64,000 bases of DNA from Chrysomallon squamiferum (lineage: Eukaryota; Animalia; Mollusca): the NCBI GenBank assembly GCA_012295275.1, contig CM022677.1, positions 7,440,001-7,504,000 of the forward strand. The letters are read 5' to 3'. Every line of letters starts with the position of its first letter. Position 1 is the first letter of the stretch. This document shows positions 28,431 through 48,599 of this stretch, one piece after another. Below the pieces are notes generated by a model. That model was not told where the DNA came from. It did no database searches and was given only the letters and a program-made list of their open reading frames with translations. The translations under genes were made by a program, and so were the position numbers.

Positions 28431-28970
28431 ATACAAACATAACAACTCAGCCAACAGAAACAAGACAACAGAGATCACACAACACAAACATAACAACTCA
28501 GCCAACAGAAACAAGACAACAGAGATCACATAACACAAACATAACAACACAGTCAACAGAAACAAGACAACAGAGATCACACAACACAAACATAACAACT
28601 CAGCCAACAGAAACAAGACAACAGAGATCACACAACACAAACATAACAACTCAGCCAACAGAAACAAGACAACAGAGATCACACAACACAAACATAACAA
28701 CTCAGCCAACAGAAACAACAGAGATCACACAACACAAACATAACAACTCAATCAACAGAAACAAGACAACAGAGATCACACAACACAAACATAACAACTC
28801 AGCCAACAGAAACAAGACAACAGAGCTCACACAACACAAACATAACAACTCAGTCAACAGAAACAAGACAACAGAGATCACACAACACAAACATAACAAC
28901 TCAGCCAACAGAAATAAGACAACAGAGATCATACAACACAAACATAACAACTCAGTCAACAGAAACAAGA
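28430..28970. repeat. 51-bp minisatellite, ~10.5 copies
   Basis: acaaacataacaactcagccaacagaaacaagacaacagagatcacacaac; translates as the 17-aa repeat NTNITTQPTETRQQRSH. Confidence 0.95.
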
Positions 28971-28971
28971 C

Positions 28972-30363
28972 TTAAATTGTTCAGTTTCACAAGAACTTGA
29001 GTTTCAATGAATAAAACAGTCACCTTGTACAACCTTATTTGGCATTGAATCCAGAATTGGTTTGACCTCCTCGTCATTACCACATGTTATCCAGAAGCTA
29101 CAGAAAGAAGATGACTTACTAGCCATTCTGTCCAGCAGCTCAACTCAACCAGACACTCAACCTCTATCAGAAACAACTCAACCTCTATCAGAAACAACTC
29201 AACCTCTATCAGAAACAACTCTACCTCTATCAGTAACGACTCAATCTCTATCAGAAACGACTCAACCTCTACCAGAAACAACTGAACCTCTATCAGAAAC
29301 AACTCAACCTCTACCAGAAACAATTCAACTCTATCAGAAACAACTCAACTTCTATCAGAAACGACTCAACCTCTATCAGAAACAACTCAACCTCTACCAG
29401 AAACAACTCTATCTGTATCAGAAACAACTCTACCTCTATCAGAAACAACTCAACCTCTACCAGAAACAACTCAACCTCTGTCAGAAACAACTCTATCTGT
29501 ATCAGAAACAACTCAACCTCTACCAGAAACAACTCAACCTCTATCAGAAACAACTCTATCTGTATCAGAAACAACTCAACCTCTATCAGAAACAACTCTA
29601 CCTCTATCAGAAACAACTCAATCTCTACCAGAAACAACTCTACCTCTATCAGAAACAACTCAATGTCTATCAGAAACAACTCAACCTCTACCAGAAAAAA
29701 CTCAACCAATGAGCAGCATAGACAAGAAAAGAAACCTTCAGTAGCCAAACAACAGAAACAAGCCAAGTATGTTGTTAAGCAAAGTCTGTGATTATGAAGG
29801 ATGTTCTGTTGGTGATAATGTAGCTGAGGCCATTCTGACTGTTGACAGGGAATGTGGTCATCCCAGAAATATTCTAAGTGTTATTATTAGCTGTAGAAAA
29901 CAGACAATATACCATTGGTTGCCCTTCTGGTATTCTGAAAGGGAAATATAGTCAACACCAGTTTGATTTCTGTCCTCAGAGACTCCTGAGTGAATCTGAC
30001 ATTAACAGTGGGTCACTTCGTTAAGCCAACAAAAAGGGTCAGGGTTTTGTCAAGTGCAGTTGTAATGGACCTAAGAGATGTCGGAGTAAGCAATGTGCTT
30101 GTTTCAAAAATAATGTTTTGTGTAATAGCAGATGTCACAACAATTTAAATTGTTTAAATAAATGAAATATGTATTATGTGTCACCAATGCATTACACTGG
30201 TAAATTGTTGTTACATGTAGTTGATTATTCAATACAGATAAAACATAGTTTAGTTATTAGAAAACACCCAAGAAATACCCTTTAGCCAAATGACTGGACA
30301 TTTTATTCATTTTGGCCAAATGACTAGAGGTCAGAGGCATTTGACCAAATGACTGTTTTGACA
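28972..30363 (+). mobile_element. 3' half of a KRBA2/SCAND3-type integrase DNA transposon relic (Ginger2/Tdd-like)
   Basis: Segments IVQFHKN..IKQSPCTTLFGIESRIGLTSSSLPH..KLQKEDDLLA, VGDNVAEAILTVDRECGHPRNILSVII, ILKGKYSQHQFDFC and terminal GQGFVKCSCNGPKRCRSKQCACFKNNVLCNSRCHNNLNCLNK*; subterminal ccaaatgact repeats and a TGACA end at ~30363. Confidence 0.8.
29142..29708. repeat. 21-bp minisatellite, ~27 copies, inside the integrase relic
   Basis: aactcaacctctatcagaaac units (TTQPLSE / KQLNLYQ translations). Confidence 0.95.
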
Positions 30364-30442
30364 CATTGACTGTAACATTGCAGGAAGCTTCAATAATGTT
30401 TTTGCAAACAAATGCAGTTTTTGGAGAATTTTTTTTCTTAAA

Positions 30443-32150
30443 CATGAGCAGTAAGAAAGTGACAACCAAGCAGACATTACAAATGGAAATAATAGTGATT
30501 TTGAAAGCGAAAAGAGTGACTATGATGTTGTCAGTGATACAAATAATGAAAACATGAATGCAAGCGAAGGTGAGAATGAAAATGATTCTGCTGATAATCA
30601 CAGCCCAGGTGGTGATGTTTTACAACCTGTAAGGAGGTGTGGCAGTGGTAGAGGATGCAGCCGTGGTAGAGGACGTGGTCGAGGTGTGCGACGGAATCCT
30701 CAGCCTCAGGTCAGTGGATGAATGACTTGAGAAAGTATCGTGAAAAACAATTCAATCCTAAATATTCCAGATTCACTCAATAATGAGAGCAGGCCTGACA
30801 GTTTTGACGTTGTTCTGGAATGTTGATTTGTGGCAGCTCTTTGTTGTTGAAACAGGCAGAACATATCAGTAAAGCAAAACCCCTCATATTAGTATGCAAA
30901 ATCGTTTAGTTCACAGACAAAGATTAAAACATTGTTTTGCTGCTGAGTAGCGATGGAAATGCTTATTCACAAGAACTACTATGAACAATTTTGGCGAGAT
31001 AAGGAACGTGACCATCACACCTGGATTTTCACCGATTTTTACAAGAGACAGATTTTTTGCAATATGGTCTATGCTACATAATGTACATGAGTTAGACCCA
31101 GAGTTAGACAAATCTGATAAGATTTACAAATCAAGGCCCATGTTCAATCACCTGTTGGAAAAATTCAGCTGCAATCTGTCACTTGACGAGGGAATGATTC
31201 TGATATAAAATTCCCTCTCTATAAAACAGTATAATCAAACAAAAACCGAAAAAGTGGGACATCAAAACCTTCCTAGTTTGTGACAGTGAGAATTGCTACA
31301 TTTCAAATGTAGAAGTATATACAGGTCGCTGGAAGGATGCTGAAACCATTGAAATTTTTTATTTGACTGGAAACCTTTTTGTTTGTATGTTGGAACTGTT
31401 TTGTGACCAGCATTACTGTGTGTTTACAGACAGACTCTACACTAGTGTATATTTGTATTAATTTTTGCTGAAAAAGAGAGGAATCTGCCCAGTGGGCACT
31501 GCACTTACAAATCGCAAACTTTTTCCAAGAAAACCTGAACAAATCAAAAAGTTAAAAAAGAAGGGCGCAGTTTGAACTATTGTTCAATGGAACTGTAGCA
31601 GCAATTGTTTGGTGTGACAAAAAGCCCATTTATTTTGTAACTTCTGCATTTATAGCCCTACCCCACCAGTACATGTACAAAGATATGATAGTAAACAGAA
31701 AAGAAGTCTTCCTGTGGGATGTCCAAAAGCTGTCCAATGTTACAATGCACCAAAATGGACAACTTATCAAGCTGCATCTGGGCAGACGTCATTAGAACTG
31801 GCCACATCGTCTTATTGTGAACTTTTTTTACATGGGCTGTGAATAATGCTTATGTAATTGTGTGGCATTATCAGTTGCGTAATCCCCAAGGGCAAAGAGT
31901 GTTTACATTCCATGTGTTTGTTGAAAATTTCTGCCATGAACTTGTAGGCAATTATCACCATCTATTACCAATGAAAGTGCATCTGTACACAGACAAACAC
32001 CTCCAAGATTACGGACCTCATGAGTTGGAAAGATCATGCAACATCAAACAGTAGGTGTGTAGTGTGTCTGGAAAAGGCCAGACAACAAAATCCTAGTGCT
32101 GAATATAAGAACTTTCCCAAAAAGTCAAAAACATTCTAAGGCTTAGAAAA
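30443..32150 (+). mobile_element. piggyBac (PGBD4-like, DDE_Tnp_1_7) transposase pseudogene
   Basis: Acidic N-terminus, FTRDRFFAIWSMLH, DKIYKSRPMFNHL, NLSLDEGMI, IKTFLVCDSENCYISNVEVYTGR, VFTDRLYTSV, GTALTNRK, AIVWCDKKPIYFVTS, AVNNAYVI; many frameshifts and stops; no TTAA/TIR ends found. Confidence 0.9.
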
Positions 32151-32379
32151 GGTATACAAGATAAATATATGAGACATCCAAATATAATTTCGTATAATAA
32201 ATTGTTTAACAGTAAAAATATATTTGTATTAAAAAAGCTATGTTTGTTACTAAGAACTATAATGTGAGAGAGTATGTCCTCCATGTTAAACTTCTATTTT
32301 AGTTTTGTTATATGTCTGAAATACATTCTTCCCTGTACTGTAATCTACAATTTATGAGAATAAAGTAATTTGTCATTGT

Positions 32380-32890
32380 AGCAATTATCACTATTGCTGA
32401 TACATACACAAACATACACACACACACACAATTATCAGAGTAGCAGTTATCACTATTGCTGATACACTCACAGACACACACACACACAATTATCAGAGTT
32501 GCAGTTATCACTATTGCTGATACACTCAGACACAGACACACATACTATTATCAGAGAAGCAATTATCACTATTCCTGAAACACTCACACACACACAATTA
32601 TCAAAGTAGCAGTTATCACTATTGCTGATATAAACACACACATATACACATGTACACGCAGATACATACTTTTATCAGAATATCATTATTGCGTGTACAC
32701 TCACACTCACTCACAGTCACACACACTATAGTCAGAGTAGCAGTTATCAGCATTACTGATAGACACACACACATACACACACACATCCACACACACACTC
32801 TTATCAGAATACTAATTTTCACTATTGCTGACACACACACACACACACAGACTATTATCGAGCAGTTATCTCTATTGCTGATAAACACAC
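32380..32890. repeat. Degenerate ~55-65 bp minisatellite with (CA)n spacers
   Basis: attatcagagtagcagttatcactattgctgatacac recurs about 8-9 times. Confidence 0.85.
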
Positions 32891-33262
32891 ACTCACTCAC
32901 TCTCAGAAATATAAATATAAGTAAAACTAAACTTAAAAAATTAATTATAAACGGCTGAAAGACAGACTCAGAGACAGAGAACATGAGAACAAAAGCAAAA
33001 AGGAAACAAGTAGTTTATACATATGTAGATACTTAATAACAAATACATAATAATTAATTCAACTACAAATATATAACAAACCAAAATATTTATATGCATT
33101 AAAAATATCTACATAATATTATTTCATAATAAAAAGTTTAGTTTAATATTCTTAGCATATGGTTTAACTAAATTGTCTATGTCAGATAGAGAAAGATTAG
33201 GATTATATATAGAATAATTCTTCAAATATTATAACAAAAATTAAAATTTAAAAAACAATTAC

Positions 33263-37790
<4,528 letters not shown>

Positions 37791-38535
37791 CTTGGATTTT
37801 GATCGGAGGTTTCCGTGAGCTCACGAAAGTTTTTAAATCTCCAAATTCAATTATTTTACGTCTATTTTCTGAACTTTTTATGATTTAGACTGATAAAGAT
37901 AAGGATGGCTATTCATATTACCAAACCATCATGTCACGTGCTACTTTTTCAACTTAAACTTTTCAAACTGGATTATTTTTGTGCAAAAGAGTGCTTAATA
38001 AAATAAAATTATAATTCGGTGAAAGATTAATGTATTAATTTTCGTATCTTAGCGGGATTGTCCTTGTTATTATTTAGAGTTACTTCCCTAGACCATAAAT
38101 GAAAGAATTTCCGAATTTCCACGTCAAATTATTTTGCAGAATATCTGACATGCCAAACGATTAAAAGTGTGCTTCCAGTCTTTTATTTGTTTCAGTTTTA
38201 TTTGTTGAAATTAATGTTGAAAGGTGCATAAAGGCTATAATGTATAAACAAAACAAAAAGCAATTACGTGAATTCGTCTTTACATCGTTATTTCAGTCGG
38301 GCAGCATCATTTGCTGTTTTCACTAATTAAACTGTATTTCTGAATTGTCGTATAATTATTTTAGAAATACTGTAATCAGTACGAGTCTTAGTAAAACGTA
38401 TGAACATGTACATTGTAAAATTAAGTCTATTTTATATCCTCAGCACCCATCAGGGGCGTTGCTAGGTTTGAAAGTTAAGGGGAGAAAACACGCCATCTCA
38501 GTGTGTACAACCTATGTTAGAACATATTATTAATA

Positions 38536-39265
38536 CAGTATACCCTCACCTGTTCGCGGTTCCCCATTCGCGGCCCCGCATATTCGCGGGTTGGGCTCTT
38601 AACCCTATCGCATCGTATGCTGGTATACCAGGCGAGCGTCATAACGTCACAAATACAAATGCTCGGTAAACCGCACAAACAATATCAAATTTTTTCAATT
38701 ATTATTGCAATACAGTACGTATTTTTTTTTATAAATGCATACACTGTATGTACAGTGCATATTTTTTGTGACCGTGTATTAATTATTTTTTTAATTGCAT
38801 ATTATTACTGAATTGTATTATTATTACCTGAACTGTGCGTACTGTATTTATCTGTCTGTTTGCCTTTAAATTTGTTCCACTTTCTGTCAATTCTAATACA
38901 TATATTATACGCATAGAAAATGACTTTACGGTACAGTAATACTGTATGGGTAACTATGCTATGCGGTGTTACTGTCCTCCTGTACTTACGTTTCTTTCTG
39001 ATTAAAATATTGTTTCAGTACAAAATTAAAATGCGTTTACATTATTATTACTACATTAGTGAAATACATAACTGCATGCAATATTACTACATTATTACTG
39101 TATTAATGAGTAAGAGTGTCTTTAGAAAGTGTTTGGGAAGCATTTAGTACCGTATATAATCTCATAATAGACGTTTTAAAACTGCATCCAATATTCGCGG
39201 TTTTTCGCTATTCGCGGGGGGGGGGGGTAAAGAACGTAACCCCCGCGAATAGCGAGGGAATACTG
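38536..39265. mobile_element. Non-autonomous Tc1/mariner (Tigger/pogo-like) MITE, 730 bp
   Basis: TA|CAGTATACCCTC... ...GAGGGAATACTG|TA terminal inverted repeats with TA target duplication; subterminal ttcgcgg repeats. Confidence 0.9.
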
Positions 39266-39589
39266 TATGTCTATTAATGTCGCCGTCGCTACCAACGTAT
39301 GGGAGTTGTTTTCAACGTTCGAAGTGAAAATAGTTTAAGGAAATTCGTTACTTAGTATTAACAATAAAATATTTGTTGATTTTATGATTATGATTGTTGT
39401 TGTTGATGTTGTTTTTGTTATTATTATTATAATTATTATTATGATTATTATTATTTCTATTATTATTATTATTTGTCAAATATTTTAATTTTTAATAAGT
39501 CTGTACTATTTATTTATGAGATATTTATTATATATTGAAATATATAATTAGTATGATGAAATAATAAATGCGCAGGCTCTTCCTGTTTA

Positions 39590-40360
39590 AGATATTTCTT
39601 GATTCTTTTCGGTTGCTGAGTAGCATTTCTCAGCGGGCGCATCACCTATTAAAAAATATCATTACTATTTCTATTAATGTCGCATCATTGCCGACTTTCC
39701 AGCATTGTTCTTAACGTCTTGGCGTACGCCTTGTTATTCTTTTTTCGCTTTTTATTCGGTGTTATTCTTATTTTCTCAGCGTTCTTGGTGTACTTCCGAC
39801 TATCCTTTTTCTTCCTATTAATTCTAATTCATACTTTCCTAACGTTCAAATCCTATTCTAGAATGTATTATTAATATTTCTATTAATACCAACACCTTTG
39901 CCGTCGTAACGGCCTTGTTCTTAGCTTTCTTGGAGTATTGCTCGTTATTCTTTAGCGCTTGTTACTAATTATTCCTCATACTTTCTGAGCAGGCGCATCA
40001 CCTATTAAAATATGTTATTGTGATTTCTATTAACGTTGCCCTCGTAGCCATGGTACGGGCGATGTTCCTGACGTTATTGATGTACTCCTTTTCGGTTTTT
40101 TATTCGCTGTTATTCTTATTGTCCTATATTAAAATATATCATTATTACCTTTATTAATGTCGTCGTCATTACCGTTGTAACGGCATTACTTCACCCTATT
40201 AGTTTGCCTTTTATTAAGTATTGTAATTAGTGTCCACATCCTACGTTAAAAAAATATCATTACTCTTTCTATTAATGAGGTCGTCATTGCCGTCGTTCCA
40301 GTATTGTTCTTAACGTCTTGGTGTACACCTGATTATTGGGCGGATGGTGAAATGAATCAC
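39590..40360 (+). pseudogene. Hydrophobic-repeat array, copy 2 (inverted paralog of 1567-2260)
   Basis: Units such as SEQAHHLLKYVIVISINVALVAMVRAMFLTLLMYSF; ends FLTSWCTPDYWADGEMNH* like copy 1. Confidence 0.5.
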
Positions 40361-40925
40361 TGAAAAGAAGTTGCTGCAAGGTAAGATTAATGTTCATCAG
40401 ACACAGGGGCACACATAGATCAGGATGAATTACATTGAGCTGTAACTTGACGCATTTTGGATGCAGGGAAAGGAATCAGAGATGATTTGATGCATTTTTG
40501 TTCAACGGATAGATAGACCAAACAAGAGACCTTCATATAGATTAAAAGACGACATATGGAAACAGAGATAGATTGATAGATAGATGGAAATAGAGATAGA
40601 TTGATAGATAGATAGAAAATGAAAAAGGTTGATATGACCCTGTCATAGTTTGTATTAAAAAAAGATCAGCCTAACCTCGCGTCCACTCATCTTTTCCTTT
40701 ATAATATCTTACATCTCATACAGTTTTAGAAAAAGATTATTAATTTGTACGTTTCTCTGTATTCTTACCTTCTGCTAAAACGCGAGAAGTCGCAATATTA
40801 ACGTCATAAATTATATTACACTATAGATTAAAATCATAATTTCAAGTAAGAACATAGATTACAGAGAATACCTGTATTTTGGGAAATATAGAGCGTACTT
40901 TCAGTTTATTTTAATTTTATTATTA

Positions 40926-40966
<41 letters not shown>

Positions 40967-42088
40967 TATAAATAATAGAAGAAAACTGAAATGATATTCC
41001 GTTATGTAAAGAAAGCTATCACGTTTATTTTGTAAAACGAGCGCAGTTTACACTATAAATCCAATAATATTAAACAAATAAAAATAAAGTGATATTATTA
41101 ATTAAGGATACTGCTGTTTACAGGAATAAATCATATAACATCACATAATTATAAACAAGTAAAAATAAGGTTTTACTTAAGGATACCGCTTCTTACACTG
41201 ATAATTTTATAGACTAAGAACGATATTTCATACCCAACTTTCGAGGTTATAGTGAAAATGTGATAACGTATGATATTAATGTGATATTTCCCCATCGGAA
41301 TTTACTACATTAATCTGGTCAGAATAATTTCATGTAGGGAGAGATATAAATTGTGTCGCGGAATGTCATGTTACTGGTCATAAAACAAAGTATCACATTG
41401 TGACACTGAAAGGTGCACATTTAAATTTCAGTAATATCAATACAATAATAAATACAGCATTCATCTAACACTTCACGCGTTTCTGTCTTATTATTGATAA
41501 TAAAATAACTTAATATAATAAACTATAATTCTTCAGTATACGATAAGAAGGATATTAATTTGGAAAAAATTAAAGATGTGTTTTTCAGTGTACTGGTTTA
41601 ATATTACAGCTTCACTTTTACTATCAGTATATTGAGTTATATACCTAATAGAATTATAGAAGATTCTTTTTGTATTCTTTTAATAACTGTACACTAATTG
41701 TACAAGAATAAAAAATAAAATTTTGACAAACTCAGCGTAATATTAATATTAATGTCTAAAGAAGATATTCATGTTTATATGTGAAGCGGATATTCAACTT
41801 TTATGCTACGTTAACTTTACAAAATTATTCAAAATATGAAATTATCCAAATATACCGTTAATGTCGTTTTTAATAAAATATTTCCATTTTCTGAGGCCTA
41901 GAACTGTTTTTCATCACAACAAACATTAATGTTTTTTCTCTCAAACTCAGTTTTGTCGTATAAACGGTCGTGGTGTTAGCTGCTACTTTCTTTTTGTTTC
42001 AGGTTTCTGAATAAAGACCAAACATTAAATCTAAGCAAGGGTTCTTTTTAATATTATCACCGAAAAATATAGGAGGAAAATGTGTTTC

Positions 42089-42141
<53 letters not shown>

Positions 42142-42569
42142 ATGTGAAAAAAAAGGACTCAGTATTTTTATTGAAATGTACGCAGACTAATAAAAACGTT
42201 TTCCTTATATTAATTCAGGTCTTTTGTTTTATGATTTACAGTCAGCGATCACGTGGGTTAAGAGAATTTACATTATCCTCACTTGAAGAAATCACAGTTG
42301 TTTTCACTCGAGCGTTTAAAATAAACATGTTCTATGAAAAAGGATACATTTTCAGTGATAGGTTTGATGCTGAAGTGTGCACTTGTTTAACCAACACAGG
42401 ATGTTTTTCTACCGAGTTCAAGATTAATAAAGTGTAATGAAAATTATAAACAACATTCATAAATTTCTTCACTGGAATATTTAGAATACTGTTACAGAAA
42501 TGTGTTCAAAGTTTTTGCTAGAGATGTGTATTGCATTCGTAACAGTTCATTCAAATTTATCTTCATTAT

Positions 42570-43180
42570 TCCTCGAATGTTCTGAGCGGGCGCATCACGT
42601 ATTAAAACATATTATTTTAATTTCTATTAATGTAAATCAAAACCGGCGTTATCTATGTTAATGTCACCGTCATTAGCGTCGTAATGGCGTTGTTCTCAAC
42701 GTTCTGGTGTACTTCTCGCTATCCTTTTACTTTTTATTAACTATTATTCATAGTAGTTATAATTTTCTTGCGTTCAAATGCTATACTTAAAATGTATTAT
42801 TACTATTTCTATTAACATCACCGTAATTGCTGTCGTTGATCCTAGCTTTGTTGCTGTACTTCTAATTATTGTTTTGCGATTTTTATTAGTCATTACTCAT
42901 ATTTTCTGAGCTATTAAAATATATTACTCAACTTTGTATTAATGTCGCCGTCGTTGCCTTCGTACCGGATTGTTCCTAACGTAGTTATTACAGTGCTTCT
43001 CATTGTTCTTCTTTATTTTTTATCACCTAGTATTATTATTTCTGAGCGTGCGCATACTGTATTAAAATATATTATTAATATATCTTTATTATTACTGTGA
43101 ACGTTGGCGACGTTGCTGTTGAAACCCGCGCTGTCCTTCACGGCTTGGTGGACCTCTCATTATTCTTTTTAGCGGGCCAC
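42570..43180 (+). pseudogene. Hydrophobic-repeat array, copy 3
   Basis: ttctgagcgggcgcatcac..attaaaa..tattat..tctattaatgtc(g/a)ccgtc..gcgttgttc units, about 4-5. Confidence 0.45.
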
Positions 43181-43188
43181 TCATTATG

Positions 43189-43227
<39 letters not shown>

Positions 43228-43299
43228 GTTATTGTTATTATTATTATTATTATTATGTTGTGTTGTTTTTATTATTATCATTATTAATATTATTTATCT

Positions 43300-44945
43300 T
43301 CTTAATTTTACAGTCTACATGTTCGTAACTTGAAATCCTGTATATACGTTTTACTAAGACTCATACTGATTACAGTATTTCTATACGCCAGTATATACAA
43401 TTAGTTCGATAAAATAGAGAATGATGAAATAAAAATGTAAGAACAAATTCACGTATTTTTTTTATTTTTTATACATTATACGCCTTTATTACACAATAAT
43501 TTCAACAAATAAAATGAAACAAATAAAAGACCGGAACACACGTTTAATCATTTGGTTTGTCAGATAATATGCAAAATAAGCTGACGTCGAAATATTGAAG
43601 TTCTTTGATTGACGGTCCAGGGGAAGTAACTCTAAATAATAAAAAATGACACTCCAGCTCAGATCATTCTGCTAAACAAATTTGTAACTTGAAAAATAAT
43701 AAGAAAAACCAAAAAAATTGGATGGAAAGTAAAATGCAGGTATAGGATCTAAGTTTATATATTTTATCTACTCACAATGACGTTAACTGAATTCTTAGCC
43801 ACTTTGAAAAGTTTAATTAAGTTGAAAAAATAGTTACTAAAGGCGCAGGAGATCACGGTTTGATATTAGGAACAACCATCCTTATCAGTGTAAATCATAA
43901 AATGTTCAGAAAATAGACGTTAAATAATTGAATTTGGAAGTTTAAAAACTTTCGTGAGGTCACGGAGAGTGCTGTGAGTAATCTTAATTATAACTGTTTT
44001 ATAATAATAATAGCAGTAGTGGTAGTAGTAATAATAATAATAATAATAAAACCCAATAATAGAAATTATTTTTATATTTATATATGTATACCTGTGAAAA
44101 ACAAATTCTTATTTTCTCTTCTTCTTCATCTTCTTCTTCGTTATCTTCTTCTTATTATTATTATTATTATTGTCATTATTATTGTTATTATTACTGTCAT
44201 TATTATTGTTATTATTAATATTATTATTGTCATTGTTATTGTTATTATTAATTGCCCAGTATTATCAATAGCTACCATTGTTATTCTACTACTGAAAAAA
44301 ATAGTTACTAACTGTGACTTTCAACACACTAAATCTACCGTATATACTTGTGTACAAGGCGACATTATGTATAAGTCGATGTGTATTTTAAGACCAAAAA
44401 TTGCGTCATTTTAGATATTACTTGTGTATAAGTCGACTGCAGATTCTAGGCAATTACAGAATTACACAAGTGAGTTTTGTTTATGAAATTAGGACCGATA
44501 TTTAGTGCAAACTGGCAGAGAAGTCTGCATTCCTAGATCATTGCAAGACGCCGTAAGGCATACCGCCGTAGTGACGGTTTTCTTGCTTTAAAATGTATTT
44601 TTATGTCATTAAATGGAAGAATATCATGTTTTACATTCATATTTGGTTTTGTTATTTAATTTTTCAAAATTGTTTATATGATAAAATTATATTTTTGAAA
44701 AGCTGAAAGACCGCGATTATTTTAAATGCATCCCGTAGCAAAAAATAGTCAAAATGGCGACTCTTCAGCAACAGCTACACAAGCATTACCTATGTATAAG
44801 TCGAGCCCCAAAATATTACCTTAATATAGTCTCCCAAAAATTCGACTTATACACAAGTATATATTATATATTATATATCTAGATTTACCACTATGTCTGT
44901 TACTGCTATTTCTACACATGTTAATACTACTATTTTTTCTGTTAT

Positions 44946-45009
<64 letters not shown>

Positions 45010-45310
45010 GTGGTGTCTGCAGTTATTTACTACCTCCTCTTATTGTATGTACCACTATACAACTTAAGCTAATTCTACCACAGTTATCACTGTCACTGTT
45101 ACTGCTGCAATTACTACTACTAGTACTGTTACTACTAAAACTACAACTATTACCATTAAGACTGAACTGCAGTTGTTTAACCAAACAGCTGTTTCAGTTT
45201 CTTGTAGAACGTTTCCATGCAAAACTCCTTTCTTTGAAAGATGTGGACATTGGAAATTATCCTGATTTTTGTGTATCTGTCATTGACGATTTAGTTAAAC
45301 TTACTTCAGG
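43300..45310 (+). repeat. Inverted, internally deleted duplicate (C') of 33260-38425, including the upstream region and last LRR exon
   Basis: 43860-43965 is the reverse complement of 37810-37930; 43300-43640 of 38070-38425; 44290-45130 of 34780-35100; 45155-45309 of 33263-33405. Confidence 0.85.
44338..44862. mobile_element. pogo/Tc2-type MITE
   Basis: TA|CCGTATATACTTGTGTA... and ...TCGACTTATACACAAGTATATA ends with internal gtataagtcga repeats; absent from the paralogous site at ~35020-35050. Confidence 0.85.
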
Positions 45311-45368
45311 TAATTTTTTTTTTATTAAAGTAAACACTTTTTTTTGAATTTTATAAATTTTAAATAAT

Positions 45369-45456
<88 letters not shown>

Positions 45457-46204
45457 CCATCTCTGACTCTTTTCTCTGTCTCTCGCTTTCTGTCCATATC
45501 TTATCTTCTGCATATTCTATCTGTAAATATCGCTTTGTTTTTATTTTCTGATTTGTTTCTTTACCCATCTTTACCACCCTCATTCTACTTAACACTCTCT
45601 CTTCAATCAAAATTAGCCCAAAGACTGGTACAAAAATATTATTATTAGAATTATTTCACCCAGAAATTAGTCAATAAACTTATTATTAGAAATTACACAT
45701 ATTTCCTATTTATTATTTACACATTGAGAAAATGGAAACCTATATTCAAAGCATTCTGTTGGCAATCAGAAATTACAACAAACGGACATTTATTTCTCAA
45801 AACATACACTTTTTTATTACTTTGAGTCAACCAAACAAAAGCTAAAGAAAATAAGTTTCTTCAACATGTAGGTTTATTGACGTTTGAAAATTTATATTCA
45901 TATATTATCTTCTTTTTTATAATTTAAATCAAATACTGATTTTTATTTTTACATCTACATGGCAATATTGGTTTTAACCTCCATATTGCAGTATTTATTT
46001 AGATTTTTTAACCAGTATATGTCAATTTTTTTTTTTTTTTTTTTTTTTCACCTGCTTTCAGCTAAAGTATAATTATAATAACATAATTTATATATATATA
46101 AATTAAATTTTTATTTCTTTACTGCACTACTTTATTTTTTACCTCCATTCAGCAGTTTTGATTTTATATTTCCTGGGTACAGCAACATTTATATTTATTT
46201 TCAG

Positions 46205-48599
<2,395 letters not shown>

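Noticed and set aside
28430-29708. Regular repeat arrays resembling CRISPR or mucin/coiled-coil genes (ORFs 28394-28975, 29062-29712)
   Set aside because: Head-to-tail minisatellites with no unique spacers, no cas genes and a eukaryotic context; frames shift mid-array.
30364-32300. Active or domesticated piggyBac
   Set aside because: Multiple stops and frameshifts across the catalytic domain, and no terminal repeats found.
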